Source: Sphagnum compactum (taxonomy: Eukaryota). From it: a stretch of DNA of 64,000 nucleotides. Made by a program: the position numbers and the translations under genes. Shown one piece after another: positions 49,216-64,000 of the stretch (position 1 is the first letter of the stretch; every line of letters begins with the position of its first letter). The notes below the pieces were generated by a model, which worked only from the letters and a program-made list of their open reading frames with translations, did no database searches and was not told the origin of the DNA. The stretch spans positions 28,386,213 to 28,450,212 of the forward strand of contig OZ234493.1 of the NCBI GenBank assembly GCA_965153455.1. Reading direction: 5' to 3'.

Positions 49216-49799
49216 ATAGAATGGGTTATTTGTCCATGTGAACACACTCTGCAAGCCAGGAAAGCTCTAATCACTTATGCTCTGATGACTTTTATAGAGG
49301 GCAACAAGCTTTACAATTTTCACAAAAAAACCTCTTCTAAACATAGTACCTAGTGTAGTTTTTTGGGGGGGGGGAGGGGGAGGGGAAGGGGGACCACTCC
49401 AACTACAAATTTTTTCCTCTTGAATATTTCTCATAAGTTCCTTAAAAAGGAGAGATTACATGTTATTTCCTTGGAGCCAAGGGAGTTTTGTTCTAAGGTG
49501 ATTTGTAAACATTCATTTGAATACATATAGAGTGTCCTTATAATAATAATGCACCTTGGTAAAAAAATTTACGAAAGAGGAAACATTATTGTTAATGCCT
49601 TTGGCACTTGGTTCATAGGGTGGAAGGAAGGAAGGAAGGAAGGAAGGGGAACCGCTCTTTTGCCTTCCTCTATATGTAAATCCGGGGCATGATGATAAGT
49701 AATGTTTGTTGATTGAGGTTGCATGCAAAATATTACATGCAAACCCGTTATTAAAGTGACTTCACATTACACCAAAATCATAGACACGTTTTCACATCC

Positions 49800-50150
49800 T
49801 AGCAAATTCTGAAGGCCACATGTAAACATTGCCCATATTATTCTTGAGGTCTCCGGTTACCTCTTCGCACTTGACAAGTAGGACCTTGTGCACCGCATCA
49901 TGCTGGTTACCCATGTTCTGGAGGTCTTTCGGTTAATGCACCGGTAGCCTGTTCACAGTTGACAAGTATGAACTTTGTGTGCATGATGTGTCATGCAAGA
50001 TTGTCACCACACCGAGAAGATTGGCAAGCCCACATGGAGTCTGTGTTGTCAATCCCAGGAAGAGCATGGAGCGCAAACAATGTGCCCGTACTATACTATT
50101 CCGGGTGGTGGTTCAAAGAGAAAACAAGACTTGGCCCCTTCTAAAGCTGC
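49800..50150 (-). pseudogene. Possible highly degraded LRR-coding remnant
   Basis: Frameshifted repeats KFILVNCEQATG..DLQNMG and HKVLLVKCEEVTGDLKNNMG resemble the NLR-type LRR pattern LxxLxLxxCxxL. Weak. Confidence 0.25.
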
Positions 50151-50305
50151 CTGCGTTGCATATGCCAGGATGTGCAAAGTGGAAAAAATTTAGTACCCTT
50201 TCCCTAAGGTCAGTTTCGTCATGAAATAATTCCCAAAATAGTGAAATGAAAATTTGTGAAAATATGATGAAGTTGACATGTTTGAAAATCGTCATAATTA
50301 TCTTA

Positions 50306-50660
50306 GAGCATCCCCACTGGTTGGTGCTTGGTATGTGACTCCAGACAGTAAAATTTATTGTGAAAAAGTCAAATTGTGTCGTTTTAGCTCAGGAAATTGG
50401 TTTTTCTGCACCAAATTCGTGCAGCTTGCCGTGGCTGATAAAACGCGCAACACAGTCGTGCACCTCCAAAAAAGAGTGTAATAAATTGGACCTGACTGCG
50501 GCTCAGTATTTCTGATCCAGGTGGTTTGCTATTAGTAGTTTCCACGTATATGCAGTTCCAGTTAGAGTTTTATTGGTGAGGTTGCCGAAAAAAAACAGGT
50601 AAATATAGACATTTAATTTTATTATCCAGAGTGACATATTGAGCACCTGTGGAGATGCTC
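50306..50660. mobile_element. Tourist-like MITE
   Basis: TIR GAGCATC(C/T)CCA / TGGAGATGCTC with TTA TSD on both sides. Confidence 0.85.
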
Positions 50661-51479
50661 TTAGGCTACACTCTGAATAATTTCATTACTCATATCACAA
50701 TATTATAGTAGATGATGGAAAAATATATAATTTCAAATTTCAAAAACGAATTCATGTTTTGAAAAATATTAATTATTCGTTTTCTCAATGTGGAAACTGA
50801 CCCTAGGTTACAGTAATTTGCAGAGTTAGTAATTTCCTTCCAAAAAGACATAACTCTCCAACACGTACCAAAGTCCTCGCAACACATAATGCTTTCATTC
50901 GATTTTTTTTTAACATGACATTAGATTTTCTAAAAAAGAGTTTCCTGCGCAGAGGAGTTGAGGGATGTTGAAGTTTCATCAGAAAATTTCGAGTTTCATT
51001 AGGAATAATTGCACAATTTCATAAAAAATTCCACAATTTCATTTCATTGCAGTTGTGCCCACTAAGCCGGGCTCAAGTGACCAAGGGGCTGGTGTGTATG
51101 TAATGGGGGCAATTTCACCTTGCTTAGTACCTGAAGCAGCTCCCACCAACCCTTGAGGGCTATAATTTCAGGAATGTTTAGCAGCCCTTTTTTTCTATTT
51201 CTATTTTGCTATTTTGTCCTACATCTTCCTGTGGATGATCACCACTTAGTCTACATAAGAAAAATCCCTTTTAAAAGAGCAAGGTAGTTAGTAGTTACTT
51301 GTGCCTTCTTTTTTTTTCATTTGAATCTGAAAATGAAACCCTGCCAAACTTTAATGAGAAAGAAAGCACCCAAGAAAGGGCGAGAAAAAGAAACAAGGGG
51401 CAAAGACCAAAGTTCAGGCAAGCAAACAGCCCAAAAATTGACTTTTTGGTGGGCCACAAGGAGGTAATGGAACCACTAA

Positions 51480-51810
51480 GACCATCTCCAGCGGTGCTCA
51501 CTCAGTACGGTGATCCTGCAGCGTGAAATTGGATGAAGAAAATCGAAAGTATGTCGGTTTGGCTCAGGAAAATGGTTTTTGCTTCACATAATTGCACACT
51601 TTGCCGTGGCTGATAAAAAAACGTGTAATAAAATGATTTAACCGATTGGCCCATCATAATGATTCGTCCAGGTGGTTTGCTATCATTATTCACCCACCTA
51701 TTTGCTGTCCCAATTTAATGGGTGAGGTTGTAAAAGAGTACATGACTAAACTTGGATGTGAAAAATATTTTTTCAAGGTCACATACTAAGAAGCACTGCT
51801 GGAGGTGCTC
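51480..51810. mobile_element. Tourist-like MITE (same family as 50306-50660)
   Basis: TIR GACCATCTCCA / TGGAGGTGCTC, TAA TSD, and shared internal GCTCAGGAAA..TTGCCGTGGCTGATAAAA..TCCAGGTGGTTTGCTAT. Confidence 0.85.
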
Positions 51811-53143
51811 TAAGCACCGAAACCTCCACCAGTCTCATGAAACATATCAACTAAACAAAGGGGAGGTAAACCCAATAATTGATTTCTCTGGCTTTTAAGA
51901 TTCTTTGAAAATTGAATTCTTATTGTTTTGTCTCAACAATACATTCTGCAACAATGCACATGAGGAGGTTTCATGATTGTCATATAGGCCCTCCCTCTAC
52001 TATCACAGTACCTAGGCTCGTTAGGCATTGATTAATTATTTTTTAGAATGGCAAAATTTCTGAATATGTTCACCTCTATTACCTTAGTACCTATTGCCTT
52101 AGGCTGGTTAGGTATCAATTAATTATTTTCTGGAATTGTGAAAAATGTTTGCCTGCCATGCCAGAATCTGAATGAGAGCTGAAGCTCTAGAGCACAATTT
52201 GCTTCATTATTTTGTATAATATTGAATTTATAATGAACAATCAGTTTCAGAAGAACTGCTGATCATTTGAACCCTTTGAAGTAGTTTTTTTTATGAAACA
52301 TTCTTGTGGCAAGTTTTTGCCATTTTGCAATTTTTTGAAAGAAAGAGAATATTCTGTTACAAATTCCCTGTTTCTTGCAAAGAATCACAAAAAAAAGAAA
52401 AAAAAATCCAAAAAATTGTCGAATATTATCACAATTGCTTACAATATGAATTGGTGCACAAGATTTTTCTACTTTCATATTTTGAAATATCACCAAGGCT
52501 AAATATACTTATGGACAATTGCCACTTGAGCAACATCACAAAATTGAAAAGAAAAACATTTGCCTTAAAGAATTGACAGATTCGAGGAAGAATTGGTGGT
52601 TTTTGGGGCAATTTATCGATTTCACAACCAATCATCATTCATAGTAAAGTAAAATTTTGACCTATTTTTTTCTATTGCTATTTGAATTCTTGCCTGCTTG
52701 TTGGGGAAGTACTTTATATGCTCTATGAAAATCAAGATCATTGAGCAAGTTGTTTCCACTTATGCAACGGGAAAATTAGGTCAATATTTTCCATAATTCT
52801 TGTGCCACTGATTTTTCCTAATGTTTAGCTTTTGATGTTACAATTGATAAATCTATTTTCACATTTTGAATGGAGTTCACCTACAATTAGGAAGGTGAAG
52901 GTGTTCGAGTAAAACATTCCCATTCCCCATGTTTGTCACCATGTTCCCATGGAGGATTCCCCCAAGTACATGCCTCTCACTCCAAACCATGTTCCCGTTT
53001 TAATTCTCCAATTTGTTGATAGAGTTCCAAATGAGCGCCCCCTATATTCTGTTGTTATTATTGTGAAGAATAACAAGTATTTGAAGAGTGATAGTGGATA
53101 TCAACATTGATTTTTGGGGGTTTTGTTTTCCGCAGCCATCTAA

Positions 53144-53474
53144 GGCCCACTTTAGATGAGGGTCCACGGTCCAATTTCCTAGGAACCAATTTGGACTGAT
53201 TTTAAGCAAATTGAATCCTTGGGTTGGACTGCACCTTGGTCCCTAGCCTGATTCTTGGTTCTCCAAGTCAGGAGCTCTCCTTTTAGCACTGTTTTTTGGT
53301 CCGAACCAATTGATTTTCCCTCCAAAACAGGTGCCATGTAGGTTTAGCCTCAATTTGCCACTTTTGGTCTTGGACCCTTGTCTAAAGGCCTTGGGACCAA
53401 TTGAAAGCTTTTGACCAATACGATTGCTTGAATTCATTTGTCCCTGGACCTTGGACGCTCCTCTAAAGTCGCCC
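53144..53474 (+). mobile_element. PIF/Harbinger-like MITE
   Basis: Imperfect TIR GGCCCACTTTAGATGAGGGTCC / GGACGCTCCTCTAAAGTCGCCC with TAA TSD on both sides. Confidence 0.8.
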
Positions 53475-55229
53475 TAAATATACCTGCCAGTTTACTTACT
53501 GAACTTGGTACTTTAGAAGTTCACTGAGTTAGAACTGGAAAAGAGTTGCAGTTCTATTTTATTTTGGGACTAAACCAAATGGAAATGACACAACCTTATC
53601 AAACACTCCCAAAAAAATATCATTTCTGAGATAATTTACTTGTTCTGATTAGAGTGCCACAATTACCTTCATATTTAAGAACTTTCGAGGGATCTAATCC
53701 GGCCACCTTGAGAAAAATACAAGTAGACAATGTTTGTCAAGCATGTTAACTAACTACAGCGTACTTTTAACTTGCCCACTAGATGACAATTCACAACATA
53801 GCAAAGAGATGTTGCAGATGGGAGATGCACACATAATCCCATCCGAATACAAAAACGCCTCACAATCATAGTATGAGCTACAATCTACCAAAAGTATACA
53901 TGCACAATTGTTGCTCACTCACATGGGAAACTGAATTGAATGGAGATGCCCAACCCATGATACACAAGAATTGAGTTTAAAGTTTTCAACTTGCTGGCAC
54001 CATTGTAAAAATCTTTAAAAATTTGAGTTTAGATTTGATGAATTTGTTGGCACAAAATTTGCAAGAATCTTCAAAAACTTTGTGAACAACCTACTTAAAA
54101 CTTCAAATCCTCTTGGGCCTTAAAGAGAAGTCAGCAACAATATGTTTGCTGCAGCTTGCAAACAGTCCACTGTCATATTATTAGGATCAGAAGACTTGAA
54201 CACCAGAGCATGTGTTTAATACCACGGGCAATTAAACATTGCATTATTTGAACATTGAAAAAGCTGATCACAATTCATGTGGGTCGGTGGTCCTTTGTTA
54301 CGGGTCTCTTAAAAACTGAAAGTGGTATCTTGTCGTAATCTGTGATTTCAGCTGTGAAGAAGGGTGGATCGACAAACAACTGGGACTTTGATCTCTAGTT
54401 TGGCTTGAAATTTGGGAGCAATTGTCAAGCGTAGGCAGCTTGTTGTATGCTTGCTGGACAACTGGAGCAATTCCAACCAAAAAGGTTATTCAAACAATGC
54501 AATGTTGTCCACCCTTTTCTGAGCTATAGACACCATGGAGGGCATGGTGGGCCACAAGCCACAGGCCCACAGCTCATGCTGCTGCAAGCAATCCAGACTT
54601 TAGTATGCATCCCCTCCATTGTGCGCTCAACGAATATTATCTCAGCAAATCAAGATCAGATCAAATCAAATCAAGGGAGCGCCAGCAGCAAGTTTTGACT
54701 CTTTCCTCAGACATGAGATAATTGCAGCTTAAAACAAACCAACACTTTTCTATTTTCAAATCCCAAATTGTGTCTCACACACTAAAAGTAGCCTCGACCC
54801 ATTTCCTCATAAATTGTGCATTTGTAAACAGTGTGTGGTTGTTGCTGGTAAAGATATGTTATCTCCAAGATATTCAATGCTATTCATTTATATGTCTTCA
54901 ATTTTGCTTATGAAGACAACTCTAGATGTTGTATGGTTTTATGTATTGTATAGGGTGAGTGAGGCACAAGACTCAGTTGCCTTCTCTGTCCTATGAACCA
55001 AGGACTGCGCCCAAGGTCTAAGGCTAAAGGCACTCACTCTGGCCCTTCATAACAAACAAGGAGCCCAAACTGAAGGGCTCAAATGCATTACTAAATGAAG
55101 GCTGGAGAGGACAGGAGCTTATGCATAAGGTCCCTCGCTCCAAGGAGATTATGTGAGATCTCTTGCTCCAAGAAAGAAGCATGAATTTTCACGCGATAAA
55201 GGTGCCCTCCAAATACATTAGCGAATTTC

Positions 55230-55690
55230 TCCAAGGTTGTTATGTGTCAAAAGAGTCTTTAGTGATTGATGTTGTGCAAGGTTTTTGGAATTGGTTTTCG
55301 AGTTTTTAAACATTGTCATCATTTCATTCTTAACCGTGATTGCTAGACCATTGAAACAAATAACATTTGATGAAGCTACAATCCAACAAATGAAATGTTC
55401 ATTTTTTGCAATATTTGCAAAGGAGAATTGTTCATGTTTTGTTGGGATGGTGAAGCATGAATGTAAAAATGAATCCTTGTTTGAAGCATGGAACATTTTG
55501 GGACAATCACAAAGTGACAAGAGAATGATCCAACTTCGTCTAACTTTGGCAAAATCTTCTTTCTAATTTAAATACAACCAAGTTTGTGATATAGGCTTGT
55601 GGAAATGTGGATCATGGCATGGATTGGGCCTATCATTTTCAACATATGGAAAATATGGTGTGGTGAAAAATTTTCAACCTTCATGAATAA
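55230..55690 (+). pseudogene. Possible degraded hAT transposase C-terminal remnant
   Basis: Broken frames give ESLFEAWNIL..WQNLL..TT..CDIG..DWPIIFNIWKNM, reminiscent of the hAT dimerisation domain (W..L.IP.ST..CERGFS). Very decayed. Confidence 0.3.
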
Positions 55691-58600
55691 TTGAATGCAA
55701 AACAAGCATCCAATTTTTTGTTATTTTTTAATGTTTTAAAAATATATATTATTTCATTTTCAGTTCTATGATGTGACATGATTGTTCACATATATTGAAC
55801 TCATTGATGTCCCATAATACACTTCATAGGAAGTAAACACTCGTATTGAAAAAATGGTGATATTTTCAGTGACAATTTCAAAATAACTCGCACCTATGAT
55901 GTTCCATCATATATTTGAAGAAAGCAAAATTTAGTTCATATCATGTGACAAAAATGTATGACATCAATTGACATGTAATTTTTCTAAAAATTAAAAATAA
56001 CAAAATGCAACTTGAAAAGAAACAAGGTAATCATTACACGTCAAAATCAACTCTAAAATTGATCTTATAATTGGTGTTACTTGGTTTCTACACATGATTG
56101 CCTTCATTATCCTAAGCTTAAGTTCCAATATGTGTTATTTACCCATTAATGAGACATTACCAATCTCCATTATCAAGTTTCTCATCTATTTGCTTGCTTC
56201 CTCACCACAATATCACTACTATCATTACGTGCATGCATGTCCCCCTTCACATTTGACAAGTCGTATAGAACCAAAACCCATTTACATAGCCACAAGTTTT
56301 TATGCAAGAGAAAAATATGCAAAATAACATAAAATATTATTTCAAAAGAGTCACGAGCATAATAGATTTTTTAGTATTTTTTTGAATATGGTATGCATTT
56401 GAAACTTTTATTATGTACCAATCATTCCATATGGTTTATCATAAAATCACATTGGTTTTCAATATTCATCACAACACCTAGAAATTATTTTTTCAAAAAG
56501 GAAATCTTGCTTCATTACATTCGTGATTAGTAAAAAGCTCCAATTAAGTTCCAAACATAAGGATCCACTAAGATTTTTTAATGAATATCTTCATAGTGAA
56601 AGGCGAAATTCGTCTTCCTTACTAAATGAAAGTATTCATGAACCTTCATAATCATTGATTCACACATACATTTCACTATTAGTCATTTAGTCAATAAATG
56701 ATGTATGCATATGGCCCTTATTTTATTTAAGCTAGCAATCACTATAAGTGAAAGTGGCTTTTATCACACTAAAAGCCACAACTCACAAGTTGTAGCTTTA
56801 TGTGATAAAAACCATATTCTCTTGTTTTGAATATTCATTAAATCACACATTATCTTTTAATGTGTTTTAAATTAATGTGTCCCACTTCATCTCACTCACA
56901 CCTTCACCTTGAATATATTTTTAATATGTAATGTTGTTCCAATTCAAACTAAGAATGCCTTTCTTATGTTTTCCATGCACATTGTTCTTTTCATTGTCAA
57001 TTATTTATGCAAATAATCTCATCTTGTTAATAAATCAACTAATTTGAACGGCAAAAAAATGTGAAAAGACATAAATTATGGAACTAAATTACAATAAATA
57101 CCATTACTAAAGGTGAAAATTTAATCCAAATACATGAACTTGAAAAAAATGTTGTAAACATTAACAACATTCTTTGGTTTGACCTTTCTTGCCTTGTAAT
57201 TATATGAACAAATATACCTATTTAGGCATCTAGATGTTTTAAACTCTTAAACACATCCAAAAATACACTGAAAAATAAAAAACTTACCAAAATATTAAAA
57301 CATTATATCTGGTTAACATGGTCCTAAACCACAACTAAAATACATGCTCTATGTCTTTTAATCAATTATGTAATGCCAATTAGCAAATTGCATATGCATG
57401 CTATTTAAGAACATTGATTTTTTTCATTTAACTCTTGCACCTTGTGCACATGGGATCAATTATACCACACTATTCATTCCACATTCTTGAAAATTAGGTT
57501 TATAACTTTATGAAGCTTCAAATGACACTGGCAACTTCAAAATTGTGTATTAAAATTATTTGATTCATATTATTTACACGCTTGGTGGTTTAGATCATCT
57601 TGACTAATTAAATCCTAATGCACATGTGTCCACTTCCCACTTACAAAACTCTTCAAATTTTAAAGGTAAACTAAACATCCAAATGAATATCCACAACAAT
57701 AATACTTCTAATTCACATTCAAACCTTTAACTTCACATCACAATCTTAACCATGCTTCCAAGTGATCCCCCATTTTACGCAACAAGTGACAAGTTTTGAA
57801 CTTCTTCCACAAATGAAGATTATCAATTGGAACTAAGCAATTAATAAATTTATATACATTAAATTCATAACTATACTTCATCTCACATTGCAAAATAAAA
57901 TTAATAATATTAAACACACCACAAAATGCCTTGATTTAATTAAGATTTATGCCAATAAACATATGCATACCATGTTATTTTATCTGAACATGCCCACAAC
58001 TTCATTCCCAAGTTTCAAATCCCAAAACATTTTGATTTATTGTCACTAACCAAATTATAACACACGTTTGAACTTATACAACATTGCATTTGAAACTTCA
58101 CATTTGAGGTCCAATTGAACCCCTAAACCACAACCTAACACCTTTTTATTTGTATCCAAGACAATAACATTCTACCATTCTTATCAAAACCAATCAAGTA
58201 CCCAAAGCCTTGCCATAAAATACATTGGGACCATATTAAAGTGGAGGTGTGAGACTTTTGTTGTAGAGTCAATGAAATAACATAAACTCGCTTTCAAAGA
58301 TTAAACTCAAAACATGCATATGAATTAATCATTGAAATCCATCATTTCAAATATTGCACTAAATTAACACACATTTTAATCCAAAAGTAGTAAAATGCCT
58401 AGAATTCTCAACACATTCAAATTCACAATGGGATACAAAAATTGACCATCATACATCACACATTATCCTGACTTATAGTCCCAAGCATTTTGATTCAACC
58501 CAATATCTACACCATACAAGCCATAGTCTCCAAAAGTTACTTTAATATGATGTTTTCTTACACCTCACCTACACCTTACTAAATTTCAATTTCTCTTTTC

Positions 58601-61600
58601 TTTGTAGTCTCCTCTCATAAACTAAAATGACTTGTGCCCAAGATTTTAGCCAAGACTCATCATGTTTTTACTTCATCCTTATCTTCAACTCACTAATATT
58701 TATATCTCCTTCCTCCCATGGCCGTTTGAAATGCTCCCACGTCAAGATTCCTTAAAAGCTTGCATGTTAAAATAATTGCACATCACTAAACATATTTTCT
58801 AACAAAACACATCCACTAGGTCCTATATGGTTGCAACGTATATTGCACCATGTAGGGGGGGAAAAAAAGTTATATTATATGGTAAAAGCAGCAATCTTAA
58901 CCCTAGCTTAATAAAAATGCCAACATATTTTGGCATTAAAATATTATGACAATTGCCACATGACCACAATGGATGCATAATGAGGAAAATGGATTGAAAT
59001 CATATGCCACTATAAAAAGAAAAATAATACACTAAATCACAATGTCCAAAAACTATTTCAGATATTTAACTTATTTGATGACCACAAATGATTTATCCTA
59101 AATCATAACCTAAATTCTTTTATACACTACTTACAAAATGCAAATTTTTGACTATTTATCACAAATTAACACACCACATTGTTGGACATCATTAATTTGT
59201 TTTGTAATAAATTTTTGTTTATTTGTGAAAGCGATTTCGAAATAAACTTGAAAATTTTTGTTTTTCAATAAAATTTTACAACTATTGTAAAATCAAAATA
59301 AACTAAAAACTAAAAAATGCTCCAGATATGTCACACATATTTTTCAACACTTATTAGGTCATTGTATTAAACACAATCAAGGTGTATGGCATACATCTCC
59401 AAATTATCGACCATGGATGTAGGTACATTATTATAAAAATTTGTTTAAATGTTTGTGTTCAAGTATGAGTGGTTTAGGATAAAACCCCATCCCCAAATAC
59501 TTAGACTTTGGCCTTGTGGTGTAGGTAAAAGGTTTTTAATTTGACACAAACTTGGCATTGACAAGTTATTTAAGTTTTGTAATGATTGACATAAGACTTT
59601 TTGGATTTCATAAAATTGTAGAATATACATGATTCAGGACAAAACATCCACCAAAATTGGGGATTCATTTTGTTTATGTTTGTATAATATACATCTACTA
59701 CTAAGGATTATTGAGACTTTATTAAATTGACTTGATGTTGAACATGGTGAAGCTAAATAATGTTGTTGCATGTTATATGGCACATTACATTAATAATCAT
59801 ATGAACCATTGCCAAAGAAAATTTGAGGTTTGGAGTTTCAAAATTATTATTCTTTGTTTCCAATCATTTGCAATGCTAGGAACAAAACAGGTTAAAAGAT
59901 TAACTTGAAATAAATTAAAATTACTCAATACAATATGTTTTGGGAATGTTATTAATAACTTGGAAATATTTTTCATTATAATAAAAATATACGCAAAAGG
60001 AAAAGGACTTAAGTTGAAGAGCAACAATTTACCCATTAAGGGGATGAACTCAAGGTGAAACCAATACATGACAATAAAAAGAACATGGGTAATAAACAAG
60101 GCTTGAAACTCTTTTTTTCCCCTAGGTTGGTGGTAAAACAAAATTTAACCTAAGTTTTGATTTTTCTTTCATTTTTGTCATCATTATAATGAATGTCATG
60201 CAATAAATTCCCCTTCATGAAATATTTTGTTCTTCACCTTTGTTTATGCAAAAACGACACATCTTTGCCTTGAGTTCACTATCTTTTGCATGTAAACAAA
60301 ATTTAAGGGTGAAAAGGGACTTTAGAGTGAAAAAAGGCCCAAAGACATAGACTTTACTGTGCTCATTTATTTTTGAGTTGGAATCAGGTGTGTTAAACAT
60401 CAAGCCATGCATAGTGGAATTTGATTTCCTTTGGAAATAATTGTTTCTTTAAAAATATTAACCTTTAGTTTTTTGGAGAGCTTGAAATGTATTTGAATGA
60501 ATCCCATGATATAGTCAAATTCCTTCATACCCCAATGGTCCCCAAAAACAATTTGGCATTTTATAATGAATCTAGCTATGACATTGATAGTATATTTTCA
60601 ACTAACATTAGACCAAATGTAGTTTGTGCCTTTGTTGTGGAATTCATACTGTCATTTTATAATGGGAGCCCAAATGCATCCATAATATGAACATGTTTTA
60701 GTGGATTAGTCATTGTTATATGTGTTTGTCACACTTTTTAAATAGGATTTATGGAGGTCTTAGTGTTGACAATGAACCAATTGTATATATCCCCACCTAA
60801 AAGATATTTAATAGATTTGCCTAAGGGGGACATTAAGTTTTAAAATTATAAACTACTTACATCAAACAAGGATTTTGGGTGGTTATTAGATGAAGGAATT
60901 TTTTTTCCCCACCCTATTATTACTGAATTTTTAAATATTTAGTCACCTTATATTTATACAAAAAAATCATCCAATTTCAGTACTTTGTATTCATTTAAAA
61001 TTTAAAATTTAACAAGCTTGAAACTAAAAAAGAAATCAAGATTGATTTTTTAGAAGTGGAGATCACTTGCACAGTGAGAGATGGGACATGTAAGAGTAAT
61101 TACCTCAATGCCTTTTGACAATTTCCTTTGCTACATGCAAGGTTGGCAAATTTTATGACTAATGCAATTTCCATCATAGGTTAGACATATGAGATTTTGG
61201 GATTAAACAACAACAATTTCCAATACAGTTTGATATACTAATTTTTGCCAATGCAAATTTAAGTTTTAGTTCATTCTTAATACACAAGTTGATCAATAGA
61301 AATAGGAATAAAACAAGGAACCTAACCTAACAACATTTCCTATCATCTTCCAATATAACATGTTTAACACCTCACATGGTCATAGTAAAATATAAATTGA
61401 TTTCTCCTTACTCATTGTATATGATGGGGCCTAATATATTTATTATGATGTTCTTAACTTTGCACATCATGTTGATGTTGTTGATGATTCCTTATGACCC
61501 AATACCATTGTCTCATAAACCATGTGAAACAATCACGCAAAAAATATGAACTTCATAATTGATTGTTTAGTGAGTTAAACAATAAACCATATTTAAATTA

Positions 61601-61849
61601 TGAATGAGAGATGGAAATGAAACAAAGGCACATGAATCAAAGTATAGTTATCATTATAAGACAAAGTCGAACAAGCTTGTTTCCAAAGGAGTAATCGACA
61701 ATTAAATAAAAATTCCATTGATAATAGGCAAAGGATGTTGAATTTAATTAGACAAATGGAAAACAATACAAGAGCTTTCAAGTTAAAAGTTCCTAATCTA
61801 TTAATTAAACTTGTAACAATTAATGCCAAAAATGTTTAGTACATATGTC

Positions 61850-61880
<31 letters not shown>

Positions 61881-64000
61881 AGTATCCTCTATATTTACTT
61901 TATTTTATTTTTCAAATTGAACATAACCCTATTATATATTTAACTAAATTAAATTTTTACCCAACAACCAATATGTGAGATGCTATATTTTTACTCAAAT
62001 ATTTTGTAAATTAAAAAAGAATGTCCCCCCTTGGTAGATATGCTACCTTATCACTAATACATGAAGTCATTGGTAGATTTTTCAACCTTGAAAATTGCTA
62101 ACAAGTCAAACATTTCATTGTGTAAAATTTACCCAAATGATTGGAAAATCATGGCATTGCAAATTTGTGCATACATCTTGTAAAAATGTGGTCAATTTGT
62201 GACTAAATGAAGCACCTAATGTTTTGTTTATGCCATCATTTTCACCTTGATATCATAACAAAGTTGTTAGTGTTATATCTTTATCAATTGCTACCTTTGT
62301 CCTTTGTATCATTTTTAATAAAAAATCCACTAGTCATTCTTCCATTTTGACATTTGTGACACCAAATTAATTGCTATTTTTTTTAATTTTATGAACTTGG
62401 TTTTGTACATGTAAAGTCTAAGGAGTGATGCTACAACTACCAGGCTTGGTCCAACACCAATGGGTTTGCATATTCAATATAAATATAATCAATTAACTCT
62501 ATGGATCAACGCAACAATCTTTTGATATAAATTTGTGTTGGTTAAAGTCAAAACTAATTAACTTGTCATCTAAAAGAATTGGGTGTTCTTGTAGGTATAA
62601 TAAATTCATTTGTGTGAGATTTTCAATAAGCACTGTCCAAGTGGGTCCAACCATGTAGTATAATGAGCCACACCCACCCCTTAAGCAATTATTTAAGTTG
62701 TGCTTATTCTTGAAATATTTCAAATAAAATATTTAGAAAATATTTAATTAAAAATACTATTATATGTTAAGGTTTGTGTTAAAATTTTGTCATTTTCAAG
62801 TCTTTCAAAGTTGTAATTGTGTTTTTCTACTTTAAAATTACTTCAAAACATTGAAACTTCCACAACTTTCAAAGTGTTTTTGAACATTTCTTAGTGATTA
62901 GATTGATGTTAAACTTTTGGGATATGTGTATCAGTATATTAAAATTAAAATTGCTTACAAACAATTCCATTTGTAGGGCTCCTTTTTCCCCTAAAATGTT
63001 AGATATACAAAATTAAGGAGTGGTTACAATTGTTTTGATACTTGTTTACAAAATTGCACTCAAGTATGTATGACATTTATAAATTATGTACAATTCATGA
63101 AACATCATTAATCAATTAAATGAAGCTCTAAAAGATTTTTTTTTTGTTGAAAATAATTTTTTTTTCTTGACAAGATGAGAAGGAAGTGCACATGTCAATA
63201 TCGTGATGTGGTAGTCTAATTGTGTTAACATGTACCAAAACAATTGTAACCATTATTTAATATTTCACAATGTAAAATAATAATTTAATTTAATGTTAAA
63301 GTTTTTGGATATACTTATATCACAACATTCATAAGATATCATTAGAACATGTGAACAAATTTGAAACCAATTTAATTAATAAAAAAATACCCATAAAGTT
63401 TTTCAAGGCTTTGTAACTAGTGCTTTTAAATAGAAAACGACTTGTAAAATGACTTGTTCAAATATTCGAATGTGACATATTCTTGGAAATTTTAAAATAG
63501 AAACCATAGAATAATACTATATATATAATTTTTAAAAATTAAATATATATTTTAAGAATATTCCAAATTAAGTATTTGCTAAAGGGGCATGGTTGGATTT
63601 TATTAACATGGTTGGACCCATAGAAGTTCATGAACTTTCCACTCAAGAGCTAAATTGATAACTTAACAATGGAACTTTGCATGACATCCTTATGTACAAC
63701 ACCATCCCACATCTTGTCTTGTATACATGGCCATCAATTGTTTCAAATTTCAATCCACGTTTTTTAGACATATTGTTATATCTTGTCAAGATTTTTAGAC
63801 TAACATTATCATTTGCCATTGTGGGGATTGCCATTCCAAGATAAGCACAATTGGTTGACATTGTGAATAATCAAGAATATGTGTAATTTCTTGACCCACC
63901 ACTTATAAAGAAGAATAGAGGTGATGTGATTACTTTCCCTCTAATGTTTTCCTTCATTTTTGTTTTAATAGAGGTACCTATTAATTGTGAAATACACACA

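Noticed and set aside
53960-54520. LRR-like peptide scraps (KLKVVSCRNL, SLVWLEIW)
   Set aside because: Too fragmented by stops and frameshifts to support a call without a search.
56000-64000. Possible ancient transposase or helicase remnants in AT-rich DNA
   Set aside because: No motif could be reconstructed by eye and the short ORFs look random.

Overview
AT-rich eukaryotic land-plant genomic DNA. It is most likely a moss, and the repeat families recall Sphagnum; both assignments are inference. There are two intact host genes in convergent orientation: a 2-exon secreted LRR protein (+, 34940-36876) and a 3-exon double B-box zinc-finger protein of the BBX21-25 group (-, 38929-40557). The rest is transposon-derived. 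It includes a full-length Ty1/copia element with identical 313-bp LTRs but a broken gag-pol, a foldback element interrupted by an internally deleted RTEX-like LINE, and a decayed non-chromovirus Ty3/gypsy element with an unknown ORF upstream of gag. It also includes two Helentron/HINE-like elements, a head-to-tail pair of composite Helitrons (one carrying captured ABCG and TMEM70-like gene fragments plus a solo LTR), several Tourist-like MITEs and very old remnants. The most unusual signal is a 115-bp spaced palindromic motif, repeated four times at about 155-166 bp in the copia leader, in which only fixed-position half-sites are conserved. Related geometry appears in two unrelated TEs in the window. 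All calls were made by eye; no database searches were run.
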